A stretch of 32,000 nt of DNA from Kineococcus radiotolerans SRS30216 = ATCC BAA-149 (GCF_000017305.1 NC_009664.2:4650001-4682000), one strand, 5' to 3'; positions 17,545-24,500 are shown, counted from the first letter of the stretch. The notes: generated by a model from the sequence alone, not told the origin. A program made the numbers and translations.

Positions 17545-17562
17545 CCTGGAGCGCGCTCCAGG
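17545..17562 (-). promoter_or_regulatory. perfect 18-bp palindrome CCTGGAGCGCGCTCCAGG overlapping a TTGACC -35-like hexamer; candidate operator/promoter of the aldo/keto reductase gene
   Basis: The minus strand reads TTGACC-tggagcgcgctccagggtc-GACGCT, with a 19-nt spacer. Lies ~70-105 bp upstream of ATG 17460. Dyad placement resembles MerR-family operators (inference). Confidence 0.4.
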
Positions 17563-17620
17563 TCAAGGGGAGGCAGGGCTGTTCGCGGTGAGCGTGACGA
17601 CCCGCGGACAGCGTCCCTAC

Positions 17621-17664
17621 TGCCTGATGGGTGCCTGATGACTGCCTGACGACTGCTTGATGGC
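17621..17664. repeat. four phased 11-bp direct repeats (TGCCTGATGGG, TGCCTGATGAC, TGCCTGACGAC, TGCTTGATGGC)
   Basis: Read directly. Located between the esterase stop (17740) and the candidate reductase promoter. Confidence 0.85.
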
Positions 17665-17739
17665 CGCGCCCGTGCTCACCCGTCACGCCAGGGGCCGGCC
17701 GGAGTCCCCCGATCTCAGCCGGCCCCCTCGTTCCCGACG

Positions 17740-18705
17740 TCAGTCGGTGCCCAGCACCCCGGCGAGGAAGGCGATGCCCTGGGTGATGGCGGCCTGGGCG
17801 GCGAAGGTGTGGCGCAGCGGGTTCAGGCCCACGAAGTCGTGGATGATCCCCCCGTAGCGCACCGCGGTGACCGGGACCCCGGCCGCGCGCAGCTTCGCGG
17901 CGTAGGCCTCGCCCTCATCGCGCAGGACGTCGGCCTCACCGGTGATGACCAGTGCTTCGGGCAGGCCGGCGAGGTCCTCGCTGCTGGCGCGCAGGGGGGA
18001 GGCGGTGATCTCCGCGCGCTGGGCGGGGTCGGTGGTGTACTGGTCCCAGAACCACTTCATGCCCTCGCGGGCGAGGAAATAGCCCTCGGAGAACTGCTCG
18101 TAGGAGCCGGTGTCGAAGTTGGCGTCGGTGACGGGGTAGAACAGCAGCTGGCCCTTGAAGTCGACGCCGCCGCGCTGCTTGGCGAGGATGGTGGCGACGG
18201 TGGCCATGTTGCCGCCGACGGAGTCGCCGGCGACGGCGATGCGGGTGGTGTCCAGGGACTGCTCGGGGCCGTTCATGGTGATCCAGTTCGCCACCGCGTA
18301 GACCTGCTCGATCTGGGTGGGGTACTTCGCCTCCGGGGCGAGGTCGTAGTCGGGGAAGACGACCGCGGCGTTCACCCCGACGGCGATCTCGCGCACGAGG
18401 CGGTCGTGGGTGACGGGACCGCCGAAGACCCAACCCAGGCCGTGGACGTAGAGGACGACGGGCAGGACGCCGGTGGCGCCCTTGGGGCGCACGATGCGGA
18501 CGCGGATGGTGCCAGTAGGCCCGCCGTCGATCATGAGGTCGGAGACGTCGGCCTCGGGCAGGGTGGGGGTGGGGTCGGTCTGGACGGTCTCGGCGATCTT
18601 GCGGCCCTGCTCGGGAGTGAGCTGGTACAGGAACGGGGGAGTGGAGTTGGCGTCGGCGAACGCCTGCGCGGGCCCTTCGAGAACGGGCTTGACGGGTTCG
18701 GACAT
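17740..18705 (-). CDS. alpha/beta hydrolase, hormone-sensitive-lipase-type esterase/lipase
   Basis: HGLGWVFGG (HGGG-type oxyanion motif), GDSVGG nucleophile elbow, DVLRDEG and IHDF catalytic Asp/His contexts. GAAGGAG upstream of ATG 18705. Confidence 0.9.
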   Translation of the reverse strand: MSEPVKPVLEGPAQAFADANSTPPFLYQLTPEQGRKIAETVQTDPTPTLPEADVSDLMIDGGPTGTIRVRIVRPKGATGVLPVVLYVHGLGWVFGGPVTHDRLVREIAVGVNAAVVFPDYDLAPEAKYPTQIEQVYAVANWITMNGPEQSLDTTRIAVAGDSVGGNMATVATILAKQRGGVDFKGQLLFYPVTDANFDTGSYEQFSEGYFLAREGMKWFWDQYTTDPAQRAEITASPLRASSEDLAGLPEALVITGEADVLRDEGEAYAAKLRAAGVPVTAVRYGGIIHDFVGLNPLRHTFAAQAAITQGIAFLAGVLGTD

Positions 18706-18910
18706 GGGGGACTCCTTCTACGGGGCGGACGTGACGTTGAATCCCGGGCGGTGCTCGAGGTGGTGCAGTCGAGGCGCCACCGCTGGAACCGAGATCGAAG
18801 TTGCCCTAGCTGAGATAGCCGGTGCATCCGTCAGGTGACTGCACACATCCCGCGTCAGTACGCAACTCGAACGCGGTGGCGTCTACGAACGGATGATAGG
18901 AGTGGCGTGC

Positions 18911-18932
18911 GCCAGCGGTGTGCCAGCGGTGT
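18911..18932. repeat. 11-bp tandem repeat GCCAGCGGTGT x2 (plus a degenerate third unit) upstream of the esterase gene
   Basis: Units at 18911-18921 and 18922-18932. About 205-230 bp upstream of ATG 18705, in the esterase/HD divergent region. Confidence 0.8.
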
Positions 18933-19152
18933 GCAGCAGGGTGTGAGTGACCATCGCCAGGAGTCACGGCGCAGCAGTGCTCTGGATGCCATCTCTCGTC
19001 CACCGACAACAGCTGTCTCACCCATCGGGGCCGGTCGCTGCGCCAGCAGGATCACCCGGACGTGCTCCCGGATCACCGGTGGAGCGGGGTCCGGTGAGTG
19101 AGGCAGCAACGCACCATCGACGCAGTCATACCCGAGGGGCAGGATGTGAGGC

Positions 19153-19872
19153 GTGGCTGAACCCGACGCTTCGTCCGAGCCGGTACCGAGCGTTCCCCCT
19201 GGCGCTGCCGCTACGTGGCGTCAGGTCAGTTGGCTCCAGCAGGCAGCGCAGTCGGTCCGAGGTGGGCTCCAGGTCCTCGACGTCATCACAGAGGCCGTCG
19301 CACCCGCCATCGCCAGTCACAGCGTTCGCGTCCTCCGCTACGCCCATGCACTGGCCTGCTCGGAGATGGCCCAGGAGAGACTGCAGGTGAGTCGTTCCCC
19401 GGCCGCGTTCGCCAGCTACCTCGACGACGGGACCTTGCTGACGGCGTGCTTGCTGCACGACGCCGGCGCCACCGCCGTGGGGGCGAGCTGGCAGCGTTTC
19501 GAGGTCCAGGGAGCCGACCGGGCCGCAGCGTTCGCTCGAGCCCACGGCTACTCCGAAGATCAGGTCCGGCACATCTGGGAGGCAGTGGCCCTACACACCT
19601 CCCCGCACATCGCCGAACGCATCCATCCGCTGGCGCGATGGGTGCGAGGCGGGGTCCTAGCAGATTTCGGGACCGACTTGATCCCTCCAGACCTGCGGAG
19701 ACGGACCGAGGCCGAGGTGCCGCGATTGGACGTCGAGCGCACCCTTAGCGGCATCGTCGTCGAACAGGCCTTGCGGGACGAACGGCGCGCTCCCTCGGGC
19801 AGCTGGCCGGCGGACCTGCTGGCGGCTCACCGAGCCTCAGCAGACGCTGATGCCCGGCTGTCCGCCTTCTGA
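19153..19872 (+). CDS. HD domain-containing protein (metal-dependent phosphohydrolase superfamily)
   Basis: His (ASHSVRVLRYAHAL) and HD (CLLHDAGA) motifs with a later His (ALHTSPH). Start uncertain (GTG 19153 or downstream). Confidence 0.75.
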   Translation: MAEPDASSEPVPSVPPGAAATWRQVSWLQQAAQSVRGGLQVLDVITEAVAPAIASHSVRVLRYAHALACSEMAQERLQVSRSPAAFASYLDDGTLLTACLLHDAGATAVGASWQRFEVQGADRAAAFARAHGYSEDQVRHIWEAVALHTSPHIAERIHPLARWVRGGVLADFGTDLIPPDLRRRTEAEVPRLDVERTLSGIVVEQALRDERRAPSGSWPADLLAAHRASADADARLSAF

Positions 19873-19887
19873 TCCGCAGGCCGGCCA

Positions 19888-19903
19888 GGCCGGCAAGCCG
19901 GCC
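19888..19903 (+). terminator. GC hairpin just after the HD gene stop
   Basis: GGCCGG (19888-19893), loop caag, CCGGCC (19898-19903), embedded in a 9-bp repeat (CAGGCCGGC x2, 19877-19894). Confidence 0.35.
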
Positions 19904-20061
19904 AGGCTGGTAAGGGTTGCCCGGTCTCGCCGCCGCACGGTGGTTGCCGGGTCGCCCCGCTGAGGGCCGTCGTGCTCTAGGCCCGCCCGGTCACTCCGCG
20001 CTCCGGTCCCGTCACGTCCCACGGTTCCGACACCTCGTCTGGACCGGCGTCCGTCCCGCTG

Positions 20062-20355
20062 GCACGGAGCACGGAGCACGGAGCACGGAGCACGGAGCAC
20101 GGAGCACGGAGCACGGAGCACGGAGCACGGAGCACGGAGCACGGAGCACGGAGCACGGAGCACGGAGCACGGAGCACGGAGCACGGAGCACGGAGCACGG
20201 AGCACGGAGCACGGAGCACGGAGCACGGAGCACGGAGCACGGGGCACGGGGCACGGGGCACGGGGCACGGGGCACGGGGCACGGGGCACGGGGCACGGGG
20301 CACGGGGCACGGGGCACGGGGCACGGGGCACGGGGCACGGGGCACGGGGCACGGC
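20062..20355. repeat. heptanucleotide minisatellite: 25x GCACGGA, 16x GCACGGG, 1x GCACGGC (42 units, 294 bp)
   Basis: Counted unit by unit: 20062-20236, 20237-20348, 20349-20355. No other substitutions or indels. Confidence 0.98.
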
Positions 20356-20583
20356 GTGCCCGTGCGCCGGTTCGGTGGTCCTTCAGGAGCCGGGTGTGCT
20401 CAGTCACGTGACGGATGCGTCAGCCATCGGTACCGGGCACGATCGTCTGGTCGTCGAAGCCCGATCAAGCACCGCGAGCGGTGTGGGCGCGCGCGGTGGC
20501 CCAAAAAACCATCACGACGGCGGGTAGCTGTCATGCACCAGCGGCGAGCCGCCGATGCACCTCGCGGACTGCGCGCACGATCG

Positions 20584-20610
20584 ATGACGCATGATCAATG
20601 ACGCATGATC
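20584..20610. promoter_or_regulatory. direct repeat ATGACGCATGATC x2 (14-bp period) in the MerR upstream region
   Basis: Copies at 20584-20596 and 20598-20610, 42-68 bp upstream of the MerR ORF start. The core TGACGCA also occurs inverted in the palindrome TGACG-gatg-CGTCA at 20409-20422. Confidence 0.4.
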
Positions 20611-20651
20611 GGCGATGAGTACACGGTGGGATCGGCAGGAGTCAGCGCAAG

Positions 20652-21248
20652 GTGATGATGAGGCACTCGGATGCTGATGAGCTGGTCACTGACGGACTGG
20701 TGATCCCTGACACGACCCCCTTGCCGCCAGTCAGCGTGGAGGTGCCGGCTGAAGGGTTGTCGATCGGGGAAGCAGCAGCCGCCTGTGGACTCAGCGTCGA
20801 CGCGTTGCGGTACTACGAGCGTGAGGGATTGACCAGGACCCCGCCGCAGAGGGCTTCCTCTGGTCAACGCCGCTACCACGCGCGAGACCTCGAGTGGCTC
20901 TCTGGAGTGATCATGCTGCGTGCTACCGGGATGCCCGTCCGCGACGTACGAGAATTCGCCGAACTGACCCGCCGCTCCGGCACTCAGGCCCAGGTGCTCG
21001 CAATCTTCGAAGCGCACCGGGAGAGAGTGATCGAGCAACTGCAACGCACCCAACGTCACCTAGCTGCCATTGATCAGAAGATCAGCTTCTACCGCAGCCA
21101 GGTGGGCTACGAGGATCGGCGCGGCCCGTCGCGACCGGCCCACGGGCCCACAGGTGGCGGCATGGACACCGGCGACGTCGGTGGCGACGTCGGTGGCGAC
21201 GTCGGTGACGGAGGCGGCATCGATGGCGGCACGGTTGGCAGGCCTTGA
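20652..21248 (+). CDS. MerR family transcriptional regulator
   Basis: MerR-type HTH (LSIGEAAAACGLSVDALRYYEREGL...RRYHARDLEWL) followed by a helical dimerisation region. Start GTG 20652 or ATG 20655/20658. C-terminal GDVGGDVGGDVG from a 12-bp x3 repeat (21171-21206). Confidence 0.85.
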   Translation: MMMRHSDADELVTDGLVIPDTTPLPPVSVEVPAEGLSIGEAAAACGLSVDALRYYEREGLTRTPPQRASSGQRRYHARDLEWLSGVIMLRATGMPVRDVREFAELTRRSGTQAQVLAIFEAHRERVIEQLQRTQRHLAAIDQKISFYRSQVGYEDRRGPSRPAHGPTGGGMDTGDVGGDVGGDVGDGGGIDGGTVGRP

Positions 21249-21490
21249 GTTCGTTCACAAGACCACTGGGTACCCGCCCGCCACAATGCGTAGCGGACCG
21301 GTCGGCCTCCGGCTCAGGGCTGTAGTCCCGGCTACGCAGCCCATGACTGGCATACTGAGGGGTTCACTTCGTCTGCATCACTGCATGCCTCCGGGAGCGC
21401 AGTCACCATCTCTCGCGGTCCGCTCCCTTCCAGCCTCCTCAGGCGCCGCTACCTGCACAGCCTCCGGGGCCAAAGCCTCCAGGACCCACG

Positions 21491-24259
21491 ATGATCGGCC
21501 GTGAGGTAGAGGTCGAGCGCATTCTGGGGCACCTGTACACCGTCCGAGACGCTTCCTCGTCGGCGGAACCAGGCACCGCCGTCCTCATCACCGGGGAAGC
21601 CGGCATCGGCAAGACCACGCTGCTGCACCACATCACCTCCCTCGCCCAGGCGGCGGACTTCAGCGTGCTGCGGTGCACCGGGGTTCAGCAGGAGCTCGGC
21701 ACCGGGTTTAGCGCCCTCCATGAGCTCCTGCGTCCCACCCTGGGACGCCTGCACCTGCTGCCGCACCAGCAGCGCGCCGCGCTCATGACGGTCTTCGGAC
21801 TCGACGACGGCACCAGCCCTCCGCCAGACCGGTTGCTGATCAACACAGCCACCCTGACCCTGCTGGAAGAGATCAGCGCCCAACAGCCATTGCTCGTGCT
21901 CGTGGAAGACCTGCAGTGGCTGGACCGCTCCAGCGCCTCCGTCTTGACCTTCCTCATCCGGCGCCTGGCCCACACCCGCACCCTGCTCCTGGCCACCATG
22001 CGCACCGGCGAAGGATCACAAGAGCGCTGGGCTGGACTCGGCATGGTCCACCTGCCCCTCGCAGCGTTGAGCCCGCAGGCCTGTGAGGCACTGATGGACG
22101 AGCTGACCCCACCTATCGACGCACGCACCCGCGAGGTGCTGCTACGAGAAGCCGGCGGCAACCCACTAGCGCTGACGGAGTTGGCCGCAGTCATCCAGGA
22201 CACGGACCTGCAATCCGGGGCGACGCTGCCGTTGCGCCTGCCGCTGCCTCAGCGGCTGGAGAAGGCGTTCCTGCAACAGCTCGCGCCGCTGCCCGAAGCC
22301 ACCCGACGCACCCTGCTGCTGGCTGCGGCCGGGGAAGACGCTCGACGCTCAGAAGTGATAGCCGCCGGCGCAGAGCTTGGATTGGTCCCCCTCGACCTCG
22401 ACCTCGCCGAAACCGCGGGCCTGATCAACGTCGAGGGTGAGCACCTGCGCTTCCGCCACCCACTGCTGCGCTCAGCCATCTACTCCTCCGCGCCCTACTC
22501 AGTGCGCCTGCAAGCACACCTGGTCCTGGCGGGAGCCATTCAGGACCCTGTCCGCGCAGCCTGGCACAAGGCAGCCGCCACACCCGCGCCCGACGAGGAG
22601 GTCGCCGCCGAACTGACCACCGCGGCCGACATCGCTCGCGCTCGCGGGGCTCTCATCGAGGCATCAGCCGCCTACGAGCGCGCCGCCGCCCTCTCGCCCA
22701 GCCCGCGTCAGAGACTGCAGCGTCTGGTCCAGGCCGCTGAGCTGGCGCGCCTGGCCGGGCGGCCTTCCCAGGCGAGCCGGCTGGGCGAGGAGGCCATGCC
22801 CTTGCTGATCGATCCCACCCGGCAACCCTCAGTGGCGGTGATGGCCGCGGTCACCCGCTGGCGCCTGAGCGCTGGCCGAGGAAGCTGGATGGAGCGGGTC
22901 ACCGACCTGGTAGACCTGGCTGAGCAGTTGAGGGGCGCGCAGCGCGATCAGCACCCCCTCGAACGGCTTTCCGCATTGACCGCTGCAGCGGTCGGCGTGT
23001 ACGTCCTGCAGCCCGCGGGAGCGCTGGCCGAGCGGGTCCGCGACGGGCTGCGTTCGCTGCAGCTGCCCGCGCCCGGCGATCCGACCGCATGGGCTGATCA
23101 ACAGGTCGGACTGATCATGCTTGATCCCCTCCGCTATGCCTCACGGTGGCGTGGGCGCCTAGCCGAGTTGACCTCGACGGTGAGCGGACCCAACCGGCTG
23201 GCGTCGGCGGCGGAGGCGATCCACGACCTCCCCTCCATGGCCAGCGCCTGGTCGGAGGCGGTCGAGCGCGCCCACTACTCCCGTGCCGTCAGCGAGGAGT
23301 GCCTAGCGTTGCACGGGCGAGCGTTGTCTCGAGTGCTGGGCGGTGATCTACCCGGCGCTCTCGCTGATGCGGGCCTGGCGCAACGGATCGCAGCCGACGC
23401 GCAACTGCCCATCATCCGCGCCGCGGGGCAGGTCGTGGCTTCCCGCATCCACACCTGCCGTGGTGACCTGCAGGCTGCTGCGAGGGCGCTGGGGGAAGCC
23501 GCGCAGGTCATCGGTCCCAGCCCAGTGGGCAAGCTGAACGCGGAGCTGAACTGGGCTGCCGGCCTGCTGGCTCTCACCGAGCACCGGCACTGGGACGCCT
23601 GGGTCCACCTGAACCAGACGCACTCCCACCCGGTCATCGCCGCGTGGGCCATCGCCGACCTGGCGCAGGCCGCCGTGCAGGTGGGGAAGGCAGCTGACGT
23701 CATCCCCCGGGTCCAGGTGCTGGCCGAGGCGAACCTGACCTACGGCTCCCCGCACCTGAGCCTGTTGCTCGAGCGCAGCCGAGCACTTCTCAGCCAAGGA
23801 GAACGCGCCGAAGCCGCCTTCCAGCGTGCTTTGACACACGGATCGGCAAGCGGCACCCCCATCGAGCTGGCCCGGACGCAGCTGGCCTATGGGCAGTGGC
23901 TGCGGCTGGCTGACCGCCCTGAGGAATCTCAGACCCACCTGAGCGCAGCTTTGCGGGCCTTCGAGGGGACCTCATCACGCCTGGGCATCGCCCGCACTGA
24001 GGCTGCTCTGCGCACGGCCGGCGTCGTCATGGCGCGGGGGCGGGGCGGGGCCTTGGACCCCGTGGACACCCTCAGCCCGCTGGAGCTGCAGGTTGCCCAG
24101 CTGGCAACGACGGGATTGAGCGAGGAGGAGATCGCGGATCGCATCTACCTCTCCCACCGCGCCGTGAGCAGTCACTTGCACCGAGCGTTGGCCAAGTTGA
24201 ACCTCACCACTCGAGCTGAACTACGCCAAGCCTTCGCTCCGCGTGCACGGCCGATGTGA
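21491..24259 (+). CDS. LAL-type LuxR family regulator, paralog 3
   Basis: MIGREVEV start, Walker A GEAGIGKT, LLVLVEDLQWLD, GGNPLAL. C-terminal HTH LSPLELQVAQLATTGLSEEEIADRIYLSHRAVSSHLHRALAKLNL. Confidence 0.9.
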   Translation: MIGREVEVERILGHLYTVRDASSSAEPGTAVLITGEAGIGKTTLLHHITSLAQAADFSVLRCTGVQQELGTGFSALHELLRPTLGRLHLLPHQQRAALMTVFGLDDGTSPPPDRLLINTATLTLLEEISAQQPLLVLVEDLQWLDRSSASVLTFLIRRLAHTRTLLLATMRTGEGSQERWAGLGMVHLPLAALSPQACEALMDELTPPIDARTREVLLREAGGNPLALTELAAVIQDTDLQSGATLPLRLPLPQRLEKAFLQQLAPLPEATRRTLLLAAAGEDARRSEVIAAGAELGLVPLDLDLAETAGLINVEGEHLRFRHPLLRSAIYSSAPYSVRLQAHLVLAGAIQDPVRAAWHKAAATPAPDEEVAAELTTAADIARARGALIEASAAYERAAALSPSPRQRLQRLVQAAELARLAGRPSQASRLGEEAMPLLIDPTRQPSVAVMAAVTRWRLSAGRGSWMERVTDLVDLAEQLRGAQRDQHPLERLSALTAAAVGVYVLQPAGALAERVRDGLRSLQLPAPGDPTAWADQQVGLIMLDPLRYASRWRGRLAELTSTVSGPNRLASAAEAIHDLPSMASAWSEAVERAHYSRAVSEECLALHGRALSRVLGGDLPGALADAGLAQRIAADAQLPIIRAAGQVVASRIHTCRGDLQAAARALGEAAQVIGPSPVGKLNAELNWAAGLLALTEHRHWDAWVHLNQTHSHPVIAAWAIADLAQAAVQVGKAADVIPRVQVLAEANLTYGSPHLSLLLERSRALLSQGERAEAAFQRALTHGSASGTPIELARTQLAYGQWLRLADRPEESQTHLSAALRAFEGTSSRLGIARTEAALRTAGVVMARGRGGALDPVDTLSPLELQVAQLATTGLSEEEIADRIYLSHRAVSSHLHRALAKLNLTTRAELRQAFAPRARPM

Positions 24260-24282
24260 GACGCGACCACCCCGACCCCGAG

Positions 24283-24315
24283 CCCGGTGCCCGGTGCCCG
24301 GTGCCGGTGCCGGTG
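24283..24315. repeat. short tandem repeat CCCGGTG x3 then CCGGTG x2
   Basis: Read directly. Lies in the gap between the LuxR paralog 3 stop and the sigma gene. Confidence 0.8.
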
Positions 24316-24500
24316 ATGCGGCCACAGGCAAGGAGGGGCGGCCAGGAGCTCCGGAACAGGTACGCAGGTAACAGGCGCAACGGCGCGGGTCCGCCGGAGC
24401 CGGAAGGCCATTGCGACGTCTACTGCGACGGTCATGCGTGCTTTCACCGGAAGCAAGGAGCCATCGAACACACGACCGCCGTTCGACGAGGGAACCCAGG

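Noticed and set aside
20062-20355. Heptamer array as a CRISPR array
   Set aside because: Units are 7 bp and directly abutting with no spacers, and no cas genes are in the window. It is a microsatellite/minisatellite, not CRISPR.
24353-24357. GGAAC upstream of the sigma gene as an ECF autoregulatory -35 element
   Set aside because: I could not find a convincing -10 (CGTC/GTT-type) at 16-17 nt spacing. A lone pentamer in GC-rich DNA is not evidence.
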